From Dudresnaya verticillata (Eukaryota), in NCBI GenBank assembly GCA_977862235.1, contig OZ374558.1, forward strand, positions 2,790,001-2,854,000: a stretch of DNA of 64,000 bases, given 5' to 3'. Positions within the stretch are counted from its first letter, which is position 1. Every line of letters starts with the position of its first letter. Below are positions 22,140-34,835 of the stretch, in pieces. The notes under the pieces are model-generated. The model had not been told where the DNA came from, ran no database searches, and worked only from the letters and a program-made list of their open reading frames with translations. The position numbers were made by a program, and so were the translations under genes.

Positions 22140-23133
22140 GGTTGACCAGGTTTTCCTTGAGCACTGGTTCTGACCATATATTGTTCCGTTATACGTTCTT
22201 TCCGATATTGGCCCACAGCTCCTGTCGAAATGCTTCGCCACGATCTGTCAAACCCTGGAGTTACGTCAGTTGTTTACCACTGTTTACCATTCCCAGACCA
22301 ATTAACAGATCAAACGGTGTAATAAGACCCTTGTACACCGGTTGCGTCAATACGTAGTGGATCATCACGGTACTGGGACCGTTACGTGCATCCGCTCACA
22401 TATGCGTATAACCTTCAGGTTCACCGCTCTACTGGTACAGCACCTTTTGACCTCTTCCTCTCTCGGCCCCCTTCGTTTATACCTCTGCAGGGTTCTCCCG
22501 CACAGGTTTTAGCCAATAAATTGGATTTGCAACTCATCTCTGCGGCTTTCAAACTTTTAAACCTTCGGAAGCTTCAACAGGCCATTGCTACCGCTAAGGT
22601 CATCCTCACGGCGGTCCAACAACGGCACAAACACGCTTTTGATGATTCTGTGGCGTGCTCCTTTTCGGTTACTGTTGGTGATTGGGTCTGTCTGGATCGC
22701 CCTAAGCTCACCAAGCGCCAAGTAGGTGAACTACAGGCTTCGCTAGCTGACCCCGCTGAGGAAAAAATCGTTTCTGGGAAATGTTTGCCCAAAGCGACTT
22801 GACCCTTTATGGGTACAGCTATTCATGCCGACCAACGGCCATGATTAGGCAATACAGTCTTGCAAGAACGCATTTCAGTTGAACCTTGTCGCGGTCCCCG
22901 CACCCCGCTGGCTGACCCCGAGGTCACTCAGGATCCACCAACGGCTTCCTCACCGTCACCGGCGCAAATCCAATCGGATTACTATACAGTTGACCATTTG
23001 GTTAAGCACCATGTCACCGACCGCGGGTACCAATATAAGGTTCGCTGGTTACGCACCCAGAGATGACACCTGGAAAATGCCCGTTCACATTCCGCACAAC
23101 TTCGGGTTTCGCTACTTGCGCCGGCTTAGCTAG
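22140..23133 (+). pseudogene. Decayed Gypsy integrase core plus chromodomain
   Basis: Across frameshifts: FLEHW, VLSDIGPQ, FTTVYHSQTN, LTYAYNLQVHRSTGTAPFDL, YTVDHLVKH..YKVRW/GYAPRDDTW. Confidence 0.85.
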
Positions 23134-24015
23134 ACACCACCGCCCGGAACTTGTGGGGTGTAGGTTTCGCATACTTTAAAAGATCGATCGCGAAACGTCA
23201 CTGAGAGAGTTATGGCCACCCATTCAAAAGGCCACGCGGCGGCGTTATCTCATAGAATCAAATGAATCGACACCAAGGCGGTCACTCTTAATTTTTCTAT
23301 TTATTATACGCTGTTGATATACAGTACTACTGTATTGTCGCACTAATTAAGTCAAAGAAGAACCACATGGAGATACAAGACAAGTCAAAAGATATTTTTA
23401 GTAGAAACTCTTCAGATCACCCATGAGGTTCTTCTACAAAGTGTGTCTATTGGTAACGAGGACGCGTCTTGTCCGACCGCTCGACGTCGACGGAGCGTGA
23501 AGACGCAAGGCAGTAGAGCTAAAGGGGAGAAGCGCGATGAGCCACCAATTGGTTAGCCACTTTAGGAGTAAATTCACGAAGAGCCGCCCGACAGGACACA
23601 TCCGAAAGAGTCACCACATTGGTAACGGGCAAGTGCCGGTGTGAGGCGAGTGCGCTGGCGCCCTTGGCGGTGCCCAGGGCGAAATCTAATTAAAATTGTT
23701 TTACAGAAATTCGGAAAAGTCCGAAACTTTCTGAAAGTTTCAGGGGCTCCGCGGGCTGTGTGCAGGGCGCCATAACTTCTGAAGTACACAAGCAATCGGC
23801 AAGCGGTTTGCACCGCTACTCTCAGCTCACTCTCAGCTTTCCGAGGAGCTAAAGAGGTGGGTACAATTTGCTTCTGTTTTATGAAGTTAATTCTGAGGAT
23901 CTCCAAAGTAGTGTTCATGGTGGTGGTTAGTGCAGGCGCGGGGTTTCTCCCCGTTTGCATAGCCCAGTAAACTTGGCCGCGGTTAACGTGTTTTCTGTGT
24001 CTTCTATCCTCAAAA

Positions 24016-24707
24016 GGAAAATATTACTCAGATTTTCTGGCGGTCACATGAGTGTCTTCATATAGTCATTCTTCGAGCGATTTTTGTCAGAACCCTCTTC
24101 ACGATCCGGAGTCCAGATCTCATCTGGTTGCAGTGTGGTTGTATTGCAAATCAAATAATTGAAGTTTTCGCCCCTTTTCGTGTGGATTCGTGCGTGCATC
24201 CAGATTATGAGGGCGATCCCGAAACATATTACTATCAGCCAGCGTCATTCGCAAAATATTCACACGAAGGCCGGGTATGAGATGCACTTTTCAGTTTCCG
24301 AAATAGACGCAGATGACCTTGAATAGATTAATAATATCCATTCCCGAACTCATTGTATTTAGACTTTCTTGACATAGCCAAAGATTAAGTAGATTTCGTG
24401 AACAAAAAACCCTGGACTGTCCCGTTATTGTTGATATAGGGCCCGATTCAAACCCTAAGTTTATCGTATCTTCCACTAAGCGTAAACGAAGTCTGTCAAT
24501 TCCCAACTGCTCCAACGAGGCTGTGACGCGCACGAATCCACACGAAAAGCGTGCGAAAACTGCAACTATTTGGCTTCCGGTACAACTTCACTTCATTCAT
24601 AGGAGATCTGAACTCCGGACCGTGAAGAGGTTTCTGCTAAAATCACTGGAAGCATTACTATATGAACACACTGATGTGACCGCCAGAAAAGCCGAGCAAT
24701 CTCTTCC
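24016..24707. promoter_or_regulatory. Upstream inverted repeat of FTR1 copy 2 (24016-24194 vs 24529-24707)
   Basis: Same structure as 6910-7601. Confidence 0.7.
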
Positions 24708-24751
24708 CTGTCTGACCGGCATTTCTCAGAGGGTCTTTTCGGTGATTCAAA

Positions 24752-26218
24752 ATGGTCGCAATCTTTTCAATTCCGGCCTTTTTCATTGTCCTTCGAGAAG
24801 TTCTGGAAGCCTGCCTGGTTGTGGGGATTATTTTAGCCTACTTGAATAAGACAGGGGCAACGCAGTTCCGAAAATGGGTGTGGTTGGGTACCGCGGCGGG
24901 TATAGCTGGTTCTCTTGCTGTTGGACTTGCATTTGCAATTGTCTTCTTCGTCACCGGTGACCAGCTTTTCACTGGTAAGACAGAGAAAATATTCGAAGGA
25001 GTCGCATTCCTGGTGGCAGCAGCGTTACTCACTTGGATGATCATATGGATCATGGTAATGGGCAAAAACCTGCGCGCCAAAATGGAGGAAGAACTTGAAG
25101 GAATCCTTGAGGCTGGCAGGTCTATGAAGTCTATGAAGACTTCAATCTTTCTCATGGTTTTCGTTCAAATTCTGAGAGAGGGAATTGAAACAGTCATTTT
25201 TCTGATTGGCACAGCAGGTGCTGATGATGTCGGCGGATGGAAGGCAATTCCTTTGCCAGGTGTTTTAGCCCTTATTGTCGGTGTTTTAGTGAGCTACATC
25301 GTATTCAGGGGACTCGTAAGTCTTGATTTACTTCTCTTCTTTAAGATCAGCTCCTACATTCTGATGGCGTTCGCAGCTGGACTCGTAAGTCATGCATTCC
25401 ACGAGCTCCAGGAAGTGGACCTTTTCGGGCCGTGGAAACCGGCCGAAGAGAGAGACTGGTACAATGCAGTCATGTGGTCGACCAAGGCATGCTGCCATGA
25501 TAAGAAGAATGAGTTTTTTGCGATGCTTCGGGCTCTGTTCGGCTATCAGGACACGCCTACTTTTGTTGAGTGGGTTACCTATTTCGCATATTGGCTTATA
25601 ATTATCGTCGTTTTCACCGTAATCAACTGGAAATTTATCAGATCTTCTAGAAACTCCGTGAAGCAAAGCACTGAAATGATGGTGCTCGGAAGTCTTTTAG
25701 TTACCTTCGTCGGCTTCGTATACACCATGATTAACATTACTTGGATTGGAACCGTCACAATGACTATTGGCTTTATTCTCGCAATTCTGTCAACAGCTGT
25801 TATATTCGAATTTGTGTTCAAGAGATTCTCCGGCTTACAAGCATCCCGGCGCACGATCTCCTTTACGCTTGGTATTGCCTTCGGTGCCTTGACCCTATTC
25901 ATGCTAATCCTCCATTGGGTGGAGCTAGAGTGCCAAGGTGGGGAAGAATGTACTTTACCTACTTTCTATTTCTTCGGCCTTATTTTCAACGGTGAATTTA
26001 ACAGCCGTGGACGTGAGGAAACAATGTGGCCATCCATTGCCGTTCTGTCGTTCTCCTTCGTTGTGACATTTTTCTTCTTCGGATACGTGTCCTTCTGCCT
26101 CATTCTTTTCGCACTCAACGTCGACCAAGAAGGAAAGTACCTGAAGGATGATGAAGTCTCCGCTGTTGTAGACGAGGAATCTTCTCTTATAGACGTTGAA
26201 GGATCTAAGTCTCAGTAG
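24752..26218 (+). CDS. FTR1: High-affinity iron permease, FTR1 family, 488 aa (copy 2)
   Basis: Same protein as copy 1 except NGKF to NGEF and a 2-aa indel (SAVHVVDEE vs SAVVDEE). Confidence 0.93.
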   Translation: MVAIFSIPAFFIVLREVLEACLVVGIILAYLNKTGATQFRKWVWLGTAAGIAGSLAVGLAFAIVFFVTGDQLFTGKTEKIFEGVAFLVAAALLTWMIIWIMVMGKNLRAKMEEELEGILEAGRSMKSMKTSIFLMVFVQILREGIETVIFLIGTAGADDVGGWKAIPLPGVLALIVGVLVSYIVFRGLVSLDLLLFFKISSYILMAFAAGLVSHAFHELQEVDLFGPWKPAEERDWYNAVMWSTKACCHDKKNEFFAMLRALFGYQDTPTFVEWVTYFAYWLIIIVVFTVINWKFIRSSRNSVKQSTEMMVLGSLLVTFVGFVYTMINITWIGTVTMTIGFILAILSTAVIFEFVFKRFSGLQASRRTISFTLGIAFGALTLFMLILHWVELECQGGEECTLPTFYFFGLIFNGEFNSRGREETMWPSIAVLSFSFVVTFFFFGYVSFCLILFALNVDQEGKYLKDDEVSAVVDEESSLIDVEGSKSQ

Positions 26219-27519
26219 GGCTTGGTTGCAATAGCAAGTTCCTCAGGCTGGAAAATGGTGAAATTAATGGGCTACTTTCTGAAAATATTAATAGAATTAA
26301 TTTCATCACGTTAACTTTTGAACATTATATCTTATTTTTCGGGTGCGGTTTATTGCCGCTTCAGATATTATGATTCTCAAAATGAGATTTATATACAGTT
26401 GTGTATTGAACCTTATTGCATACTTTGCGCACTAATGACGCTTATGTAAAAACTGCAGAACCATTACGGTTAGATTTTTCTGCTTTGGAAGCTAACAAAA
26501 TCATTTATACATACTTGTTCGCGCTTGAGTGCACACCGACATTAGAAATGTCTGTTCTGTTAAAAACATTAGACCTCGACCCCAGCAGTAAATTGTCAAT
26601 TTCCACTTCTAGCAGAAATGAGATCGATCAATTGTCTTAGCCAGTTGAGAAACCTGCTCTGAAGGCCCAATCAATAGCTCACACTCGCCCGCAAGAGCAC
26701 GAAGATTATCGAACACACACAATGTGATTAATAATAATCCGGGAGGCACTTTATACTATTTGGATCTGTCTTAATGTATCTTTCATGAGCCGCGCATAAC
26801 CTAATGGTTCCGTACATTTCACCCATATCTCTAATACAACACTCTTCTTTGCTGTCTTGGAATTTTCTTTTCTGTATCGGAATCAGAAACATACCCCGAT
26901 TTGCATCTATTCACTCAAAAGAGGATAACTAGGTCCGCGCAACGGTGCCAGCTGTTTAAGCATTTCTCTATATTTTTCAAATATTCGTACCATGAACCCT
27001 GAAGAAAGTTCTAAGTAGGTCTTCTATGGAGCAGAGACGCTCAAGATCTTCCAACTATTCAAACATAACGAATTTCTATATTCCAAGACAAGCTTAATAG
27101 CCTCAATATTTGCGAAAATTTTCGCAACGCAATTCAGAATGTGTTCTGCTTCTCACCATCATAGCCTCGTTTCGTTTGATTTGGTATGTCTTAGTCCTTT
27201 TGGTGACATGCGTTGGTAGTGATGATTTATCATCCATGGACAGAGCAACATGATACCGCATGTAGATTAAACGGCGAGAAAATTTCAATTTCAACGCTTC
27301 CGTTACTGCCTCCAATTTGCGTTGCATTTCCTAAGTAACGGCTGCTAAAGAAGAATGCGAAGAGATAGAGATATTGACAGAAAAGCTGATCTTCCATGAA
27401 TGCTTTGAAGACTCATTCCCATCTACAGAAGAGTTTGCTTTCTCAATTTACGATTGTGCACGGTGATGATTTTGTAAGATTTATCCGCAATCTCCGCTGC
27501 CTTTTTGGCGTCGGACACG

Positions 27520-28413
27520 AAAATCCCAGATACCAAATTTGATCGCGGTTTCCACATAACGCCCTGCCCCAGGCAAACTGTACCATGACGCAGACCGTGC
27601 AGCCGTACGTTTCTAATACGGTTCCGTTCCCACCGCGGAAGAACGCCAGCAACCTAGCTCGAATCAGCTAGCAGCCGTTTCACCAGAGTAGTAGTACACT
27701 TATAGGAGTATACTACTCTCTAGGTGCCGGTTGGGTGACTCCTCCGTCACCCAAGTCCAGGATTACTTTGATTCAGTCGAGGCGGGGTTGACGTTGCCAC
27801 TTTGAGCGCTCTTCACCGCCTTCTCGGCTTGTTGTCGGGATAGCAGCTTAATCATCTACTCTAAACGCTTGTCGCCAAGTGTCTCCTGCACATCATCCAT
27901 CATACCCGATAGGATGGGTTCGCTTCGTCTTTCGGCAAGTTCGGACATAATCTTACCCTCGGCAGCACCGTACTGTACCAGGTTGATAAAATACTGGTAG
28001 CGAGCCTCTTGCACCCCGACAATCCCTGACACGCATTTACGAACGGTATAAACCAGTTTGACGAAGTCAATCGGTTTCTTCGGAGCATCTGGACTAAGCA
28101 ACAAATCTAAACCGGCATTTGCGAGTTCTTCCCACGCACCGGCAGCATTCAAATACTCGAACTCCTTTGCTCCCCGTTTGTCCTTTGCATAAAGCGTGTC
28201 GTAGAAACTAAAGTCTGTTGGTTGAAAGCAGCTGAAATGCTCAACAAGTGGGGCACGCCTTCTGAAACCAGGGCGGCACTCGTCGAGCTCTGCATCACGC
28301 ACCACGCGCCCAAGCTGACACATAGTCTTGGTATCGGCATCGGTTTTGCAATCATCGGAACCGAATCCGAGTAATGCATCACGCACCTTTTCCAAGTCTG
28401 ATTTGTCTGCCAT
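27520..28413 (-). pseudogene. Unknown 185-aa helical ORF (27856-28413) followed by a short segment resembling the start of a DIRS-type RT ORF; possible retroelement remnant
   Basis: Protein-like ORF that reads on past one stop; downstream RTAARSASWYSLPGAGRYVETAIKFG loosely fits the DIRS ORF2 lead-in. Weak inference. Confidence 0.3.
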
Positions 28414-28819
28414 AGCGAGGAGGGGGGTACGTGCCTATGAACCGCTGATCGTTCGCGGCTCTGTGATGAAGTCACCGCTCTCGAGAGAGGGAAAAACGTT
28501 CCGACTACCTGTTGGAAAGAACAAGACTTGCTTCGGAGTCCTCAGGAATGCACAGGCGCTTGCCTTCTTAATAGCATTCACGCGCGGGTAGTCGTCTCTC
28601 GGGTATCCGTTCCAGCGCCGCCACGCCCTGCTGGAGGCTATGCTGGGTCAAAGACCAAAACGTCGATACATGCCTGCGATAAACAACTTCCCGATCCCTC
28701 ACCGCTGCTTGCGATCCGTGCACTTATCGTTATCCTCACTATGGCGACGCAGGGTCCACCTGTTACCTCCCGCGATATAGTCTTCACACATGTAACCCAT
28801 ACATGAACTGAAGAACAAT

Positions 28820-29135
28820 TCGCAAGAATAGTGTTAATAACTGGACCCATAGCATTTCACAATTCATTGTCCTGTCGAGATTAATACTTGGTGTCAGAGT
28901 TGACGGCATGTGGATTACCTGCATAAATCAGCGTCTTGCTCATAAACCTCGCAAACACTTTCATTTCCGGAATTGTGTAAGAAGAGCCACCAGGCGGACA
29001 ACTTGGTGGAATGAACCCATCTCTATTGAAATTGGCAGGCATCCAAGCACCCACCCATGTAGGGATATCGTTATCATCCGACCACTTCTTTGCAACGGCC
29101 ACTTTATCCTATGAAACGCTTCCTTCAGTATTCTG
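28820..29135 (-). pseudogene. C-terminal fragment of a GH5-like glycoside hydrolase with two in-frame stops
   Basis: DKVAVAKKWSDDNDIPTWVGAWMPANFN..YTIPEMKVFARFM..PHAVNSDTKY*SRQDNEL*NAMGPVINTIL matches my recollection of a cellulase-family subgroup with the IPTWVGAWMP and AVNSDTK motifs. Confidence 0.6.
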
Positions 29136-29786
29136 GTGCATGACACTCTAGCGCTGCGGTATTCTGGTGTATGGAATTCTAGCGCTGCAGTATTCTGGTG
29201 CGAGGCCCTCTCTGACTACAGTGTCGAATTCAGCTCTTTGGGCGCATGAATGCGCGAGGCGACTAGACATTTTTCGCAGCTCATATTGTTCACGCTGTTT
29301 TCGTGCCTACCAATGCGGAGTGGAGCAGAACCGTCTGAAATCCCCGCATCTCCATGTCGAATAAACCGCCACCACTGCCCGTGCCCCGATATCCTGCCTC
29401 CCAGACGCTCATTATTGGCGGCTATGGCGCCGTTCGTACCACTCAGACTAGATTCCAGTCTGGTCGGTGCTGTTCGGAGGGGTTCTGGGGGAGACGCACT
29501 GATAATATTAATCCTACTCTCTGCCCAGGGGCGCGTGAGGGCAGGCGATTTCCTACCAGCGACTTGAGCAGAAAAGCTCCTTGCGCCGTACTCTCACCTG
29601 CTACCACACCTGCCCTGCACTGCTCCACGCCTCGACGCGGAAGGGGAGAGCTCGCAACCATGGCGCGAAGCACAGGTCGGAGAGACTTGTATGGCACTGT
29701 GCTATAGGGGGTGCGATCTGGAGCTGGAGTCATTTTGACACAGAACGGGCATCCGGTGGCTCGAGCTACGTTGGAGCGCCCGAAAC

Positions 29787-32700
29787 ATGGAGAGGAGAAG
29801 GGTGCAGACTGAAGTGGACGATTCTGCTCGGTCATCGAAGGGAATAACTTGGAGGATGAGCAGACACGTGGAGAGTTGTGGGTGGCTATTAAACAGGTTG
29901 TATGCCTACCAGGATGCGAAGACATACAAAACGGGTTCACTCTGGGTTCCAATGCACCTCTACAGACAACCCTTTCAGACATGATAACAGGGACGCATGC
30001 CTGGGATGCATTTCAGATCGATGAAATCCTCGTTGTCTACAACGCGGAAAGGGGTATGGCTTCAGCTGTCGTGGAGAAGAAGTTTAAATCTTCTGCAGAG
30101 AAGGGGAGGGAGGGCGTTTCGGCAAGTACCCTGGAAACACCTGTTGAGTTGGGGCGCAGTGCGTCTCCTGTTGAAAGAAGGGTGGCATTGTCGATGTTAC
30201 TGCCACACCGATATTGTGCCCTCCTGGCGCGCCAACGCATGGTACTACAACCGCCTCGCACTCGCGTAGTGTTCGGTTCACTACACCGACTGCAAAGCAG
30301 AACGCAGTCGGTTCTGTGCGAGTAAAACGGACATTTCTTAAAGAGAAGGTAGAACCGATTGGAGCTCAGTCATCACTGCTGCAGTACACGCCAGAGAAGA
30401 AGCCGCCGTATCGCTTGCCATCGAACACATCCCCGAGTCCTAACGCAGGTCAAGGGGGTCCATCATTGCGAGACGAGCCGCAGACAATCGTGAATGACTG
30501 CCACCCTGGTGCTGCGCCCAACCTCGACTCGGCTATAGCACGTCATGATCGGGAGAAGGATGGTGATGGCAGCGGTCAGAATCCAGATTGCAGTGCAGTT
30601 AATAACGCTCCTCAGACTAACTCCCAAACTTAGAATACAAGGTCTATGCTGGAAGAAACCCGCGGTTCCACACCAGGACCCGCTCCCGTCTCTTCGTCTG
30701 GGTCCCCCTCGGCCCCCCGTCTCCGCCGCCGTTACCAACCCCATGGAATAAATAGAGCGCGTAATTGATCCTCCCGCCTCTTCTCCTTCCCTGGATCTCA
30801 TTCAGGGTGAAGATGAAGCCCTGGCTGACGCTCTAGATCAAGATTTGGGAGAAGAAGTCCCCCAAATTGAAGCCCAAGAGGCTCCTGCCGCTTGTCTTAC
30901 AGACCTGGATTCTGACAAAGAGAAGCCATTACCGGGTCAAGCTGATGCACAGGGTGGGACACGTACGCAATAAGAGTATTGGCGCGGTCCAGACGGTGAT
31001 GAGCACGCTGTGTGAGAAGTTAGTGATGATGGCCCACTTGATAGTCCTATTCGGAATCTGGACGAGTGTCCAGAACAAACAGCAGACGAAGGGGCCAGGG
31101 TTTGGGGGCCTGTCTCCAACTCCCAGGATAACGAAGAGGTAATGGACGAAGCTTATGAGACACCGCTGACTACGACAGATAATGGAAGCGGAACGAAACG
31201 AAAGTATCGGTACCGCTCCCGATCTCGAAAGAGGCGAAGGGTTGGCGACACACCACTTGAAAAGCGCCGCAAGGAAGCACTAGAGAAGCTGGATACGGTG
31301 GATTGGCTGAGGGCAAGTGCTGCATGAGGAACGAGTAATTTAAGAAACCCTCTCGGTATTCATGAAGTCTGAGGCCCGACGTGTTTTGCCGATGAGGTCC
31401 TATGACCGTCGCAACTATCTTCACGAAATGATGCAACGAGACTGTCAATTTATGTTCCACGGTAAGATTGTTTGCACGAGTTTCATGGAGAAGGTATTTG
31501 GGTTCTCGAGGGATCCGCAAATATCCGTGAAGAGACACGGGGGCTCTCTTACTGTTTCAATTAGGCCGGGGCACGTTGGGTTGGTGGGGAGACGGACCAG
31601 CGAGACCGAATCGTATGCTTCCTGCGCCGGCTCGCTGATGTCTGTGGAGATAAAATGCCCCACAAAAACGAGATACACCTCCTTCACTTCTCGTGAAAGG
31701 ATGTGTATGAGGCATTTGTCTCAGAACAGAAAGAAATGTTTGGCATTCAGAACCCAGAAAGTACAAGCTACTTTTATGGCACATGGAAAACGTTCCGCTC
31801 CACAATCAAAGTCCGCAAACAGAAAGCATTCACGCTTTGCTCTTTGTGAGGAGATCAGACTCGGACTGGCCAGGGCAGGGACAAATACAGCAGCAGCACG
31901 ACCGTTCCGTGTTCGTCGCAAGGTGCATCATCTAAATGTGTACGAGGAAAGACTTGACTGCAAGCGGTGTATTGAGCAAACAGTTGCGTACACGTCTCTG
32001 TACTGCTCCATTGTCATAGATGGAGCAGAACAGGAGAACCGTGACCTCCCGTTTGTTCCTGTTAAGACGAAGGATTTGATAGGACATGGCACTCAGCTAA
32101 GCGTGGTGGGTGTACTGGATCATGGCCCGACCAAGCATTTATCCCTATACCTGAAGACTGACGACCACGAGTCGGGTGCAAATCTCGTGATAGAATCAAT
32201 ACATCGCAATCTGATGGTGAGACATCTCAAAGCCCCTTTACAGCCTGTACTATTAGTGCAAATGGACAATTGTACTGGTGAGAGAACAGATTTACGTTTT
32301 CGTACTTGGAAAGCTTGGTTGCGTGGGGCGTTGTACAGGAGGTTCAGGCATCTTTCATGCCCATCAGATATACTCATTTCGATATAGACCAGGCATTCAG
32401 TCGCACAGCCAGCAGACGTAAAACGAGGTATGCTGCAACAATGGATGAATTCGTCAAGGACTATCATACATAACGGAGCCATAAGTGAGCTGGATGGCAC
32501 AGATTGCAAATTTCTCAGGTTTGTGCACGATGTACCAGTGCCTTGGGAAGGTCGAGGCCTTCAGCATGTATCCGTTTTCCGCTTCTACAGAATTAGCGGC
32601 GATGCAAGCGGACCGAATGATCGCTTCCGAACAGCAGGTCAAAGTCCAGTGTGGCGCCCATGGTCCCCACTTCATACGAAGGGAGAACAATCGGGCTTCA

Positions 32701-33151
32701 TACTGTTCGCCCCGGACCTGGCCCAGACGCTCCTACGAAGGCCAGATCGCCCCCGGACAGGAAGGAGTTTGGAGACCGTCTGCGGTCATGCGAAGCGAAC
32801 ATTGGAAGCATTACTAAGACGGAGTCATTGCGAAGCCTCCGAGATCACATCTACCGCGATAGAGATGAAAACCTCCACTGGGAGCTAGCCACGGCTGTGG
32901 AGAGGAATGGACGGCACCAAGCAGCTACAGGTACAGAGAACCAGAACGTTGAGTACATTACTGATGACGACGACGCAGTGATAATAGTGGAGCAGGCTGT
33001 GCCCTACACAGCGAACAGGTACGTCGCTGTCAAGTATGAAGGGGCAACAATGCGTTTCCCCTTCTACGTTGCCAAAATTCTGGAACTGGTTCCAAATGAG
33101 GACAACCCGGAGCGGACTGACCTCAAGATCCGTTGTTATCCATATGTCTAA
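29787..33151 (+). mobile_element. Decayed DDE transposase gene of the Sola1-like/DUF7869 type
   Basis: SIVIDGAEQ (~32010), GANLVIE, LLVQMDNCTGE (32250-32283), then after a frameshift FSYLESLVAWG..SFMPIRYTHFDIDQAFS (family consensus GHTHxDIDQxFS); many stops and frameshifts; ends not found, 5' limit uncertain. Confidence 0.7.
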
Positions 33152-34835
33152 GGCTTCTTCAGGTTTAATTGGCGAATTAGATATTACAAAAAGTCTATAA
33201 AGGGAGGCATGCTTGAACCTCTAAAAAAGCGAAAAGAGCAACACGAAAAGGGGAGAAACAATCTTAGACAGACTTGAACGGCAAGAGCTTCCTTTGGAAC
33301 CCTGGTTGCCTATTCGGCAAGAATGGTATAGAAGATATTCTTATTGCTTATAATATTACTACCCATAAAAAGCAGGGAAAGAAGAGCTCCTGACTAGAAA
33401 GGCCGTCACAGAACACAAGTGTTTAGGCGTCACAGCCTCATGTGACCATGGTGAACAGCGCAGATAGTATTTTCCATTTTCATGCACAGTCGTGTGCACA
33501 ATGCTCGTACACAGCCATGTAACGTTTTGATCAGCGCAGATATTATTTGCCATTTTCATCCACAGTCGTGTACACAATGTTCATAAACAATCCTGTAACG
33601 TTTTAATACTGCAGTTTGTTACTCACCTGAGCTCCTCTTTGCGGAGAGTAAAATATTTTCGAGGACCATAGCAAAGGAAGGTGTGAAGCTTGTGTCGACC
33701 TAAACCTGTTTTATAGCGTAGAACATTTCTGCGCGTATTATCTATTGGACACGGTGTTTGAAAGTCTGACCCTCAACTTGAAACAGCTCAGCCTCAAACT
33801 GAGTCGGGAATGCAAACAATCCATGAATATGGTCGAACAGCGGAAAATGCTCCGGTAGTCTTTCTAGCCTTTCTTGAAACGGTAGATGACTGTTGTTAAC
33901 TTCCACAAGCTAGAGCATTTTCTGGAAAACAAAGCCTCTGTACACTCAGAGATGATATCGTTTGCTTGGTGCTCCAAGCGAAGCCGGAAAGAGCGGTTGG
34001 ACTTTGCTCTTTGCTGAAGGAGGCAGTCCGTATCTGTTTTATCGAAGCGGCCCCTCGGTTTACAATGGGAAATGATAGCTCCAGCTTTACTGTTGAAGGC
34101 GTCTGCGGTAACCCCAGACCGGCAGAGACGTGAAAGTTGGAAAAATGCAGAGCAGGCCCTTCGCATTGAGAGGAAGCAATGCCCGCCTGAAATGCCTCAA
34201 CTGTCCAGGGGTACTCTGGGGTACCCTGACCGACCGCTGCGCGAATGTATTGGATCGCGGTCGCAAACTGGTACGACATCGCGTGCTATGAGCATGGGTA
34301 ACTGGGCTCGAGTCGACAATTTGTTCAAGGAGTTATTGAATACCCACTTTAGCCCCCTCAGAACGGAAGCACTACTTCAGAAACTTCTACACCCTAACCG
34401 TCCGCGCGCCCGTAGGTTTGAGGAACTCGCAGTTCCCCCATTAGACTACGCCCCTTGCACTTGGAACTGCGAAGACCTCAGACTAGTAGTTTGAGGTCGT
34501 CTCTCTTCCCAGCCTGATGCCTCGCCCCCATATGAATACTATTCAATATGGAGCGATGCATTAGGCATGGTACCCTGCACAGAATCGTACTTGCACCATG
34601 CGTACGTGACCACGGCAAAGCATCGCAGCCCGGGCTGTCATCCACATACTGGGCTTTGGGTCCTCCTTGCAAATAGAGGAGATGGACGTCTCCGATGGCC
34701 GTGAAGTGTGTCGTACTCAGTTGGAACTTATGGGTGGACAGAGTAGGGAAGGACCCCTGGGTTCGCGGCGGAAGCGCTCAATATCAGGGACTGGGACATT
34801 GCCTAGGTGCGAGGTGGAATTGTGCAGGACAATGC

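Larger units (their letters stand above)
23624..27139 (+). repeat. Right arm of the inverted FTR1 duplication
   Basis: Reverse complement of 4472-7993. Confidence 0.95.
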
